From the NCBI GenBank assembly GCA_016201405.1, contig JACQCZ010000016.1:23798-87797 (forward strand): DNA of 64,000 nt, in the 5' to 3' direction. A program made the translations under genes and the position numbers. Positions 1-9,014 of the stretch are shown here, piece after piece. The stretch comes from Candidatus Acetothermia bacterium (GTDB lineage: Bacteria; Bipolaricaulota; Bipolaricaulia; RBG-16-55-9). Within the stretch, counting starts at the first letter, position 1. Each line of letters starts with the position of its first letter. A model generated the notes under the pieces. It was given only the letters and a program-made list of their open reading frames with translations, did no database searches and was not told where the DNA came from.

Positions 1-999
1 TCTGGGGAGAGCCCGTTTGCTTACACATTCTCCAATCAAGAGTGGATTCTCTCTCTCTATCGGGACGGCAACATCATTCATGCTCTTATCCACAATGAAT
101 TTCATGATCCGCTGGCGGCGGCTTGCAAGCCGGGAGATTCCAGCCCAGCCAATCCATGCTTATACAACTCGATCACCTCCGCAGTCTCTATGGATGGAGG
201 CCAGACATTCACTCAGTCTCACGCACCCGATAATGTTGTTGCTGCTCTCCCAACACCTTGGATAGCGCCTACTGGCCAGAGAGGAGATAGCAATATAAAT
301 CCTCGTGGCTACTTCACCCCCAGCAACATCATTCACGGAAAAGATGGCCTCTATTATTCGATGTTCTTTGCTATTCCATTCGCTGACAAGCCGGCGTTCC
401 GTGGAACCTGCCTCATGCGAACAGACAACTTGAGTGATCCGGGTAGCTGGCGTGCCTGGGATGGGACTGGCTTTTCAATCCCCATGCACAGTCCATATGA
501 CAGCAAAGGAGACCCAGCGCCGACGGGGCTGCCTCCTTGCGCATTTGTGAGTGCTGAGTCAATTGGCGATCTCTACGGCAGCCTCACCTTCAATTCTTAC
601 TTTGAAAAGTACATCTTGGTGGGGAGTGCACTCTTATCAGTCAATCGGGAGCTGACATGCGGAACGTACTTTTCACTCTCTGATGACTTGATCCACTGGT
701 CTACACCGCAGTTGCTCATGGCTGGAAAGCTGCCCTACCCACCCTGCTCAACGGGAAATCCGGATGGCTCCATCATCTACCCCAGTCTGATTGACCATAG
801 TGATACCACACCCAATTTTGAGAGCACAGGCCAGTCGCCCTACCTCTACTATGTTCTGTGGAATGATGGACTCGACCGGGATTTGATGAGGCTTCAGGTG
901 CACTTTGAGAAGGAGTCAGCCTCACTCTTGCTGTTTGGGTGGGCACCCCACACTCCCATAAGAGCAGAAGACACAGCAATCACCGGATTTGGGCTTTAA
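1..999 (+). CDS. Hypothetical secreted/glycosidase-like protein, 5'-truncated by window edge. Reading frame is open from nt 1 and the annotated ATG at 190 is internal.
   Basis: Frame 1 is open from position 1 through the stop at 999. It contains an Asp-box/BNR-like motif (S-M-D-G-G-Q-T-F). No other recognisable family motif. Confidence 0.35.
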   Translation, partial: SGESPFAYTFSNQEWILSLYRDGNIIHALIHNEFHDPLAAACKPGDSSPANPCLYNSITSAVSMDGGQTFTQSHAPDNVVAALPTPWIAPTGQRGDSNINPRGYFTPSNIIHGKDGLYYSMFFAIPFADKPAFRGTCLMRTDNLSDPGSWRAWDGTGFSIPMHSPYDSKGDPAPTGLPPCAFVSAESIGDLYGSLTFNSYFEKYILVGSALLSVNRELTCGTYFSLSDDLIHWSTPQLLMAGKLPYPPCSTGNPDGSIIYPSLIDHSDTTPNFESTGQSPYLYYVLWNDGLDRDLMRLQVHFEKESASLLLFGWAPHTPIRAEDTAITGFGL

Positions 1000-1124
1000 C
1001 AGAGCATGACACTGGGTGCAGAGATAAAAGAAGAGACAGGAGCTCGTTGGCATCACCTCTTCTTTCGAGTGGCCACATTTCGGGCAGGTGATGATCGATG
1101 TCAAAAGAGTCTTCGATTCGTCCA

Positions 1125-1886
1125 TCATTTGTTCACTCCAGCCTCTTCCAGCAGAGCCTGGAGTGCTCGGCGCTCTCCTGCGGTGACCCGCTCCAGCACT
1201 CTGGGCTTCAGCTTGCGCAGCTCAACTGGCCCAATCGTGGTTCGAAGCAGCCGCGAGACCGGAAGCTTAAAATGATGGAAGAGCCGCTTGATCTCGTGCT
1301 TTTTGCCCTCGGTCAAGATCAGCTCAAAGAGCGAGTCATTGGGGCCTTGCCCCAAGAAGCGCCCCTCTTCGATCCTCAGTCTCTCACCCGCATCTAGAAT
1401 CCCCTTCTTCATTCTGGACAAGATCTCATCCGCATGGCGAAAGGGAATAATGGCTGAAACGAGAACCTCATATCTCTTTCGGACCTTGTACCTTGGATGC
1501 GTGAGCAGGTTGATCAATCTGCCGTCATTGCTAAAGAGCATGAGGCCTTCAGCGTCCCGGTCCAGACGGCCGGCGACGGCATAGCCTTTGAGACCCGCCG
1601 TCTCCAGGACCTTGCCCATTGTGTTCTGATATTTCGGGTCCTCATGCGAAGAGATCATCCCACGGGGCTTGTAATATTTATAGACCGCAATCTCGAACTG
1701 CTTAAGCGGGATCTGCTTCGCATCCACGCAAAGCTCTTTCACCTGCCCTGGATTCATCTCCATAAAGGGCGTGAGGACAATCTGGCCATTGAGCTGGACT
1801 TTCCCAGCCTTAATGAGCTCTTGCGCCTTGCGGCGCGAGACGCGGGCCTGGCGCTGAACGATCTGAAGGAATCTCATTTTAGTCAT
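1125..1886 (-). CDS. RNA pseudouridine synthase, RsuA/RluB family (S4 domain plus PseudoU_synth_2 core)
   Basis: N-terminal S4-like segment (RVSRRKAQELIKAGKVQLNGQ). Catalytic region GRLDRDAEGLMLFSNDG (conserved Asp). Start placed at internal MTKMRF (ATG 1884-1886), overlapping the upstream gene stop by 8 nt. Confidence 0.8.
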   Translation of the reverse strand: MTKMRFLQIVQRQARVSRRKAQELIKAGKVQLNGQIVLTPFMEMNPGQVKELCVDAKQIPLKQFEIAVYKYYKPRGMISSHEDPKYQNTMGKVLETAGLKGYAVAGRLDRDAEGLMLFSNDGRLINLLTHPRYKVRKRYEVLVSAIIPFRHADEILSRMKKGILDAGERLRIEEGRFLGQGPNDSLFELILTEGKKHEIKRLFHHFKLPVSRLLRTTIGPVELRKLKPRVLERVTAGERRALQALLEEAGVNK

Positions 1887-3765
1887 CTGAATAAGAATAC
1901 GTCGGGACAATCTCCTTGAGTAGGGCTTTGATCTCCTCCGCTTTACCCTGCTGGGCCATGTTGCTGAGCGTCTCCAGTCTGGCTCGCAGCTCTCTTTCGT
2001 CCAGCGTTGCTCCCAGCTTGGCGACAAAGATCTGCTTGTGCTGAGTGGCTAATGTCCCCTCTTCTGCCGTCAATAGCTCTTCAAAAAGTTTTTCACCCGG
2101 GCGGATGCCAGTGAAGACGATGGCAATCTCTTTGTCTGGCTCATACCCCGAAAGCCGGATCATATCACGTGCCAGGCCCACAATCTTGACTGGATTGCCC
2201 ATGTCCAGCACGAAGACCTCTCCACCACGCCCCATCGCTCCGGCTTGCAGCACCAGAGTGACCGCCTCTGCTGGGACCATAAAATAGCGCTTCATCTCTG
2301 GATGCGTGACGGTAATGGGGCCGCCTTGCTGGATCTGTCTTTGAAATTCTGGAATGACACTGCCCCGGCTGCCAAGCACATTCCCAAAGCGCACGGCAAC
2401 GTACGGAGTCTTCTTTTGGCCATTGAATGCCTGTATCACAATCTCGGCCACGCGCTTGGTCGCTCCCATTACAGAAGTCGGGTTGACCGCTTTATCCGTA
2501 GAGATTAGAACAAACTTCTCTGCTCCGTTCGCTTGCGCAGCTTCAGCGACATTGAGTGTGCCAAAGATATTGTTCTTGACGGCCTCCTCGGGATGATGCT
2601 CCATCAACGGGACATGCTTATACGCAGCCGCATGGAAGACGACTTGCGGCTTAAATTCCCGAAACAGCTGATGGATCTTATTCTGATCGCGCAGATCACA
2701 AAGCAGAATCTCTAGGTCTATGTTTGAGACAGACTCTTGCAGCTCGTTCCCCAAATGGAAGAGACCCGTCTCATCTTGATCAAGTGCGATGAGCCTCTTC
2801 GGCTCAAATTGCGCCACCTGGCGACAGAGCTCGGAGCCGATCGAGCCTGCCGATCCTGTCACCAGAACCGTCTTCCCCTTTAAATAGCCTTGGATCCCAG
2901 ATACATCGATCTGGACAGGCTCTCGCCCCAATAAATCCTCGAGCTGCACTTCACGGATATTGGCCAGGCTCACCTGCCCCGTGACCAGCTCATGAAAGCC
3001 CGGTAAGGTCTTAATGTGACGGAGTCCGGCTTGGCGGCCGCATTCCATAATCTCGCGAATCTTGGTCGGAGGTGCAGTCGGGATCGCAATGAGCAATTCA
3101 TCAATTTCATGACGGCTTAGCACGGAAGGAATCTGATCACACCGCCCAAGCACAGGGACACCATGAATCACAATGCCGCGTTTGGCTGGATCGTCGTCCA
3201 CGAACCCGATCGGTGAGTACTGGGAGCGCTGCTCTAGATGCATAGCTCGCACGATCTGCTCTCCAGCACTGCCCGCCCCCGCAATCAGAACACGCCGACC
3301 TTTTATGGATGAGAATCCCTGGATTAGACCCAAATAGATTCTTTTGAGGGATCGAAACCCGCCAATCAGAGTGAGCGTCAAAATATAATCAATCACTAAG
3401 ATGCCGCGCGGGAAAGTGACTCCCCACGGCTCTCGCTGAACCAGAAAGTAGAGCGTCCCCAGCAGCGCCGAGCTTAGCGTGACCGCTTGCGCAACGGAGA
3501 CGAGCTCACGGAAGCTTACATACGTCCAGCTCATTCTGTAAAGCCCAAACAGATAGAAGATGACCAGCTTCCCGACCAGAGCGAAGGCAAGATAGGTCTC
3601 AAAATCATCCACCCATGTAGCCGGGATTGTGCCATCAAACCGGATCAGAAAGCTTCCATAGAGCGCCAAAGAGATCAGCACAGAATCGGCGATCAAAAAG
3701 AGGAGCACCCTTCTCAAACGCATCTGCTCAAGTAGTGTCGATGTTCGCATGATCCATACGCTCAA
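1879..3765 (-). CDS. Membrane-anchored nucleotide-sugar 4,6-dehydratase, CapD/WbpM/PglF family (polysaccharide biosynthesis protein)
   Basis: About 4 N-terminal TM helices followed by an extended SDR domain with Rossmann motif LVTGSAGSIGSEL and a second Rossmann-like region VLIAGAGSAGEQ. Architecture typical of UDP-GlcNAc 4,6-dehydratases (PglF/WbpM/CapD). Confidence 0.85.
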   Translation of the reverse strand: MSVWIMRTSTLLEQMRLRRVLLFLIADSVLISLALYGSFLIRFDGTIPATWVDDFETYLAFALVGKLVIFYLFGLYRMSWTYVSFRELVSVAQAVTLSSALLGTLYFLVQREPWGVTFPRGILVIDYILTLTLIGGFRSLKRIYLGLIQGFSSIKGRRVLIAGAGSAGEQIVRAMHLEQRSQYSPIGFVDDDPAKRGIVIHGVPVLGRCDQIPSVLSRHEIDELLIAIPTAPPTKIREIMECGRQAGLRHIKTLPGFHELVTGQVSLANIREVQLEDLLGREPVQIDVSGIQGYLKGKTVLVTGSAGSIGSELCRQVAQFEPKRLIALDQDETGLFHLGNELQESVSNIDLEILLCDLRDQNKIHQLFREFKPQVVFHAAAYKHVPLMEHHPEEAVKNNIFGTLNVAEAAQANGAEKFVLISTDKAVNPTSVMGATKRVAEIVIQAFNGQKKTPYVAVRFGNVLGSRGSVIPEFQRQIQQGGPITVTHPEMKRYFMVPAEAVTLVLQAGAMGRGGEVFVLDMGNPVKIVGLARDMIRLSGYEPDKEIAIVFTGIRPGEKLFEELLTAEEGTLATQHKQIFVAKLGATLDERELRARLETLSNMAQQGKAEEIKALLKEIVPTYSYSDD

Positions 3766-3789
3766 TAATTCAATATTCTACTAGAAAAG

Positions 3790-4173
3790 CTAATTCCAGA
3801 GAGAGCTTCCACGGGAGACCAGATAGATTCCGAAGATAATAACCGCGATGCCAAGCCACTGCATAAGGCTGATCTCTTCTTTAAATACCAGCGCCGAGAG
3901 CAAGGCCACCAAGACGAAGGTGAGACTCAAGATAGGATAGGCATAACTCAGCTGTACTTTGGGCAACGCGCTAAGCCAGCTAATGGCGGCGATCAGTCCA
4001 AAGAGGATGCCCGAGAGCACATTCAGATTTTGTAAGATCTTCCCAAGATAGGGCAGCACAAGCTGAAGCTCTCCTGGAAGAGACCCAATCTCGTTCATGC
4101 CTCGTTTCATCGAGATTTGCGAGATGGCCGTAAAGACGACAGCCAGCCCAACATAGAGATACTCTCGGGTCAT
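3790..4173 (-). CDS. Small 4-TM DMT-superfamily transporter (EamA/SMR/ArnE-like). Possible undecaprenyl-linked sugar flippase subunit.
   Basis: 127 aa with four hydrophobic helices, an EamA/SMR-like pattern, embedded in the sugar-modification operon. Confidence 0.5.
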   Translation of the reverse strand: MTREYLYVGLAVVFTAISQISMKRGMNEIGSLPGELQLVLPYLGKILQNLNVLSGILFGLIAAISWLSALPKVQLSYAYPILSLTFVLVALLSALVFKEEISLMQWLGIAVIIFGIYLVSRGSSLWN

Positions 4174-4193
4174 GGTTATATGATTATTTTCTC

Positions 4194-5309
4194 CTAGCGC
4201 AGCAATTGCTCCAGTTGAGAGCCAACGTAGTCAATCTCTTTCTCCGAGAGCTGATTAAAAAAAGGCAAGGCAATCGTGCGATCGGAGACATGCTCTGTCA
4301 CGGGGAAATCGCCCCGCTTCCATCCAAATTGTGCTTGATAAAAGGGCTGCAGGTGAATTGGACTGAAGTAGTTTCTGTTCTCGATCCCCCGGTCTCGAAG
4401 CCCCTCTTGAATCTCTTCCCGGTCGGTTTTCGTAAAGCGATCCGCAAGTCGAATCACATAGACAAACCATCTCACTTTGACATCCGGTGCGATGCAAGGC
4501 GGATAGAGATCTTTGATCGCTTTGAGACGCTTGAAATAGAGCTGAGCCACTCGATCCCGCTTCTCTTGCAGCTCTTCAATTCGCTCAAGCTGCGCTAACC
4601 CTAAAGCACAATTGATATCACTCAGGCGAAAATTATAGCCAATCCTCTCATGCTGCAGCCACGTTCCAGCTTCTCCTCGTCCCTGATTGCGATAGCTTCT
4701 GCAGAGCTTGGCGATCTCTTCGCGGTCTGTAAGAATGACACCGCCCTCGCCAGTAGTCATCTGTTTGTTGGGATAGAAGGCAAAGACCCCCACATCTCCA
4801 AAACAGCCGGCTTTTCTATTCTTGTATTCAGAGCCAATCGCTTCGGCAGAGTCTTCAATCAATAGCAGTCTATGCTTCTTGGCAATCTTTGTAATTGCAT
4901 CCCAATTGGCTGGCTGGCCAAAGACATCTACGGCGAGAATTGCCTTTGTTTTGGGGGTGATTGCTGCTTCGATCTTTGAGACATCTATATTATAGGTGCT
5001 TGGCTCAATATCTACAAAAACTGGCTTTGCGCCTTCAAAAAGCATGCAATTGGCAGAGGCTACAAAGCTAAAGGGAGTAGTGATCACCTCATCACCCTGG
5101 CCGATGCCCAATGCTTTGACCATCAGATGAAGTGCGGAGGTGCCGCTGTTCACCGCGACGGCATACCGCACCCCCGCATAGCGGGCGATCTTCTCTTCAA
5201 ACTCAGGTAGCCTTGGACCCAGGCTGAGATATGGGCTCTTCAGAACGGCCGTCACGTACTCGATCTCTTTGGGGCCAATATCCGGTCGCGCCAACGGAAT
5301 CATTTTCAT
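4194..5309 (-). CDS. DegT/DnrJ/EryC1/StrS-family PLP-dependent sugar aminotransferase (PglE/WbpE/ArnB-like)
   Basis: Motifs typical of the family: N-terminal GPKEIEYV...SGTSAL, and PLP-lysine region FAFYPNKQMTTGEGGVI. Length 371 aa. Confidence 0.9.
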   Translation of the reverse strand: MKMIPLARPDIGPKEIEYVTAVLKSPYLSLGPRLPEFEEKIARYAGVRYAVAVNSGTSALHLMVKALGIGQGDEVITTPFSFVASANCMLFEGAKPVFVDIEPSTYNIDVSKIEAAITPKTKAILAVDVFGQPANWDAITKIAKKHRLLLIEDSAEAIGSEYKNRKAGCFGDVGVFAFYPNKQMTTGEGGVILTDREEIAKLCRSYRNQGRGEAGTWLQHERIGYNFRLSDINCALGLAQLERIEELQEKRDRVAQLYFKRLKAIKDLYPPCIAPDVKVRWFVYVIRLADRFTKTDREEIQEGLRDRGIENRNYFSPIHLQPFYQAQFGWKRGDFPVTEHVSDRTIALPFFNQLSEKEIDYVGSQLEQLLR

Positions 5310-5328
5310 TTGGCGAATCAGACCTCCT

Positions 5329-5979
5329 CTAGCGGTGCTGCTGGATGACTTTAGCGGGAACTCCTACGGCTGTCACATGGTTTGGAATATTCTCAATAAC
5401 AGCTGCCCCTGCACCGATCGTGCATTCATCGCCAATGGTGATCCCTTGGATAACACTCGCCCCTATCCCAATGTGAGTCGACTTGCCTACTTTCACATTG
5501 CCGGCTAAATGCGCTCCCGGAGAGATGTGAACAAAATCTCCAACCTGGCAATCATGATCAATAGTGGCTCCCGTATTTACGATAACATGCTTTCCAATGC
5601 GCGAATCCGAGTTGATGACTACGCCTGCCATAATGACTGCTCCCTCTTCGACGACAACTCCACGGGCAATTTGTGCTGATGGATGAATGATCGTGGCAAA
5701 TGGGAATCCGAGTTTTTTTATCTTCTCACTCAAGCCTTCTCGCACTTTGTTAGAGCCAATGGCTATTATCACGTGTGCTCTTAGGTCCACTTGCCTCTGG
5801 ATAAGCTGGAAACCTCCCAAGACCGGGTACCCAAAAAAGGGCTTATTATGCAGATCAGAATCGTCATCCAAGATGCCGACTATCGAATATATGTTGTGCT
5901 TTTCAGCAGTATCGATGACCACCTTGGCATGGCCCCTGGCTCCATAGACTAGAAGCTCTTTCTTCTCTTTACTGGACAT
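5329..5979 (-). CDS. Sugar N-acetyltransferase, PglD/NeuD family (N-terminal Rossmann-like domain plus left-handed beta-helix)
   Basis: N-terminus LLVYGARGHAKVVID is a NeuD/PglD signature. C-terminal hexapeptide repeats (GDECTIGAGAAVIENI...). Confidence 0.8.
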   Translation of the reverse strand: MSSKEKKELLVYGARGHAKVVIDTAEKHNIYSIVGILDDDSDLHNKPFFGYPVLGGFQLIQRQVDLRAHVIIAIGSNKVREGLSEKIKKLGFPFATIIHPSAQIARGVVVEEGAVIMAGVVINSDSRIGKHVIVNTGATIDHDCQVGDFVHISPGAHLAGNVKVGKSTHIGIGASVIQGITIGDECTIGAGAAVIENIPNHVTAVGVPAKVIQQHR

Positions 5980-6628
5980 GCTCTTTCCCGGATTTGCGGA
6001 TCTCGTCTGGACTCGGCGGGGTTACAAATGGGTCATTCACTCCCTCTTCTCCATAGAGCCCTTCGCGCTTTATCAGCACGACCCAGAGTGTCTTGAATAG
6101 AATCTTTACATCGAGCCAGAAGGACCACTGGTCAATGTACTGCAGATCGAGCTCAATCCGTTTCGCCCATGCGAGACCATTCCTTCCGGAGACTACGGCC
6201 AAACTGGTGATGCCCGGCTTCATGGCGAGGCGCCGTCTCTGGTTTGAGTCGTAGTGCTTCACCTGGTACTCCAGCGTCGGGCGTGGGCCAACCATGCTCA
6301 TATCTCGGACAAGCACGTTGAAGATTTGAGGAAGCTCATCTAGCCCAAAATCTCTTAGGAATTTTCCAACTCGCGTGATGCGAGGATCATCAATTGCTGC
6401 TTGATAGCCAAGCCCTTGATGTATTGCTTTGTCAATCATGGTGCGGAATTTCCAGACTTTGAACAGCTTACCCTCTTTGCCAACTCGCTCCTGTCTAAAA
6501 AAGACTGGGCCCTTGGACTCGAGTTTGATGAGAAGTGCAAAGATCACGAACGGAATCGCTAACAGAATGAGCGCTATCACGCTCAGGATAATATCTATCA
6601 GGCTCTTTAGTGCTCTTTGAATTGACAT
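5969..6628 (-). CDS. Bacterial sugar transferase (PglC/WbaP C-terminal-domain type undecaprenyl-phosphate phosphoglycosyltransferase)
   Basis: Single N-terminal re-entrant helix. Conserved KFRTM and DELPQ...VGPRP motifs of monotopic phosphoglycosyl transferases. Confidence 0.85.
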   Translation of the reverse strand: MSIQRALKSLIDIILSVIALILLAIPFVIFALLIKLESKGPVFFRQERVGKEGKLFKVWKFRTMIDKAIHQGLGYQAAIDDPRITRVGKFLRDFGLDELPQIFNVLVRDMSMVGPRPTLEYQVKHYDSNQRRRLAMKPGITSLAVVSGRNGLAWAKRIELDLQYIDQWSFWLDVKILFKTLWVVLIKREGLYGEEGVNDPFVTPPSPDEIRKSGKEHVQ

Positions 6629-6680
6629 AAATCTGCATTGTCATTGTAGCGAAAACTGATACGCGTGGAACTCTTTCATA

Positions 6681-7826
6681 TCACAGTGAGGCACCGCCAG
6701 ATTCTTCCAGAAGAATGTCTACGATCTTCAGGGCAGACGTGCCATCGCCATAAAGATGAGTGACTCGAGCCATTTCGTTGTATTCGGCAGAATTACTTAA
6801 TAGTCTCTTCGTCTCAGAAAAGATCTTTTCAGAATCAGTGCCAACGATTTTGGAGACTCCGGCTTCGACAGCTTCGAGTCGCTCAGTCATATCCCGCATG
6901 ACTAGCACAGGTTTTCCTAACAACGGAGCCTCTTCTTGGATCCCACCCGAATCCGTCAAGATGAGTGTGGACCGGCTCATCAGCCAGACAAACTGCTCAT
7001 ATCCAAGAGGGGGAAGCAAGTGAATATTAGAAATATCTTTCAGCATCTTTCGGACAGGCTCTCGGGCATTTGGATTGAGATGCACGGGATAGAGAACCAG
7101 AACGTTTGGGACTTCTTGGGCAATCTTCTTTAATCCGGCACAAATATTCTCCAAAGGCCTGCCAAAGCTCTCGCGGCGATGACCGGTCACTAAAATTACT
7201 CTTCTATCTGCGAGAACAATGCCATATTCTGTTCGAAAATCTTCACTGAGCCTTTTCTGAGTCATCGAATCTGCTTGGCATTTCACAACGTTAAGAAGCG
7301 CATCAATTCCCGTGTTGCCAACCAAGTGGATGCGCGATGTTGAAATGCCCTCGTTTAGCAAGTTGCTTTTGGCTCGCTCAGTGGGAGCAAAGCAGGGATC
7401 AGAAAGCGCGTCAATCAGCGTCCGATTCATCTCTTCCGGAAAAGGATTTCTGGGGTTATGAGTTCTGAGCCCTGCCTCCACATGCGCAACTCTTGTTTTC
7501 AAATAATAAGCAGCCAATGCACCCGCCAGCGCCGTAGTTGTATCTCCTTGCACAAGAACAAGATCGGGGTTCTCTTCATGAAAGACAGGCTCCAATGCCT
7601 GCAATGCACGCGTGGCCAGATCCACCGGACTCTGGCCCATCCTCATCAAGTCAAGGTCTCTGTCTGGCTTTATGCGGAATAGACTCAGAAGAGGATCAAG
7701 CATCTCTCGATGCTGCGCGGTGATGCAGACCCGCGATTGGATTTCCGGATGCAGAGCCAGCTCCTGAAGGACTGGAGCCAGCTTAATCGCTTCTGGCCGG
7801 GTCCCAAAGATGGTCAGAATCTTCAT
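6681..7826 (-). CDS. wecB: UDP-N-acetylglucosamine 2-epimerase (non-hydrolysing), WecB/MnaA family
   Basis: Canonical N-terminus MKILTIFGTRPEAIKLAPV and the conserved HVEAGLRT motif. Start moved to internal ATG 7824-7826, because the longer ORF is an upstream extension. Confidence 0.85.
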   Translation of the reverse strand: MKILTIFGTRPEAIKLAPVLQELALHPEIQSRVCITAQHREMLDPLLSLFRIKPDRDLDLMRMGQSPVDLATRALQALEPVFHEENPDLVLVQGDTTTALAGALAAYYLKTRVAHVEAGLRTHNPRNPFPEEMNRTLIDALSDPCFAPTERAKSNLLNEGISTSRIHLVGNTGIDALLNVVKCQADSMTQKRLSEDFRTEYGIVLADRRVILVTGHRRESFGRPLENICAGLKKIAQEVPNVLVLYPVHLNPNAREPVRKMLKDISNIHLLPPLGYEQFVWLMSRSTLILTDSGGIQEEAPLLGKPVLVMRDMTERLEAVEAGVSKIVGTDSEKIFSETKRLLSNSAEYNEMARVTHLYGDGTSALKIVDILLEESGGASL

Positions 7827-8994
7827 TTTCTGCGAGCAGATTTTTGTAAAGATTGAGATATTGCTCCAATATGACGCAATTCGAAAAGCGGCTTTCAACA
7901 ATCTCTCTGGATCGTTTGCCCATTGTTTGTCGCAATTTAGGATTCCCGGTCAGACGCTCAAGTGCTTGAGCCAGAGCCTCAGAATTGCGGGGCGGAATGA
8001 GATAGCCATTCTCACCATCATTCACAGTCTCGCGACAGCCTGGCACATCGGTCGTAATCACAGGAAGCTCCATCGCCATCGCTTCAAGCACAGTCCTGGG
8101 GAGTCCCTCACCGTACGAAGGCAGAGCATAAATGTCACTAATGGCAAGCCACTCCGGAATATTCTCTTGATAACCTGGCGCAATCAAGTTGCCCTGAGAG
8201 ATGTAAGGCCGAAGACTCTCCACTGTCAATGTGGATGGATTACCAGGATCAGGATCGCCAATCAAAACAAACCTGGCACGATTTCTCATACGCACTCCCG
8301 CTTGAAGAAACTCATAGACGCCTTTCGATGCGAGAAGCCGTGCGACCATAGTCACCACAATTTCATCAGGCGCAAGTCTCCACTCTTTGCGCAATTGAGC
8401 TTTGCGCTCTTCTGAGACCGCCTGAGGTGAGAACAGATTTACATCTACGCCTGAGCCGATGATAAGCCTTGTCTGCTCAGAGCGGCAAAGTCTTTTATCG
8501 AGATAAAATTTCTGGTCGTCGGGGTTCTGAAAGATGACGGCTGAGGCTCTACTCAACGCCCTTCTCGTCAGGTTGTTGACCCCGACTCGCGCTACAGCAC
8601 CACGAAACCCAAAGTTATCTGAATAGAGCGACCCCAACCCCGTGACTGTGCTAACAATCACCGGAACGCGAGCATGCTGCCCTGCAATTCCTCCATACGC
8701 ATTGGGCCGAAGCGTAAATGTATGCAGGAGATTGGGTCTTAGCTTGTGAAGCAGCTGGGTCAGTCTATCCATGACTCCAAGCACGGCAATGGGATTGAAT
8801 GACAGGCGATCAAAGTCAAAGGGCACAAACTCAATACGATGCTGCTTGAACAGAGAGGAATATTCCCCTGATGGGGAGATAGCAAGAACCTGCGCGCCTT
8901 GAGTTATCAACTCTTGCATCAGTGCTAACCGGAAGCGATATAAATTGAAATCGAGGTGAGAGAAGAAGGCAAAGCGTTTATTCTTGAAGCTCAT
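7783..8994 (-). CDS. Glycosyltransferase family 4 (GT-B, retaining)
   Basis: C-terminal GT4 signature EGLPRTVLEAMAMELPVITTDVPG. Start placed at MSFKNKRFAFF (ATG ending 8994). The 3' end overlaps the wecB start by 44 nt. Confidence 0.8.
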   Translation of the reverse strand: MSFKNKRFAFFSHLDFNLYRFRLALMQELITQGAQVLAISPSGEYSSLFKQHRIEFVPFDFDRLSFNPIAVLGVMDRLTQLLHKLRPNLLHTFTLRPNAYGGIAGQHARVPVIVSTVTGLGSLYSDNFGFRGAVARVGVNNLTRRALSRASAVIFQNPDDQKFYLDKRLCRSEQTRLIIGSGVDVNLFSPQAVSEERKAQLRKEWRLAPDEIVVTMVARLLASKGVYEFLQAGVRMRNRARFVLIGDPDPGNPSTLTVESLRPYISQGNLIAPGYQENIPEWLAISDIYALPSYGEGLPRTVLEAMAMELPVITTDVPGCRETVNDGENGYLIPPRNSEALAQALERLTGNPKLRQTMGKRSREIVESRFSNCVILEQYLNLYKNLLAENEDSDHLWDPARSD

Positions 8995-9014
8995 GGAGAT
9001 TTGGGTAGGAGCCT

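Noticed and set aside
17-265. 82-aa ORF at window start
   Set aside because: Out of frame with, and overlapped by, the longer frame-1 reading frame that is open from nt 1.
7810-8415. 201-aa plus-strand ORF
   Set aside because: Antisense to the GT4 glycosyltransferase, which carries the EGLPRTVLEAMA signature on the minus strand.
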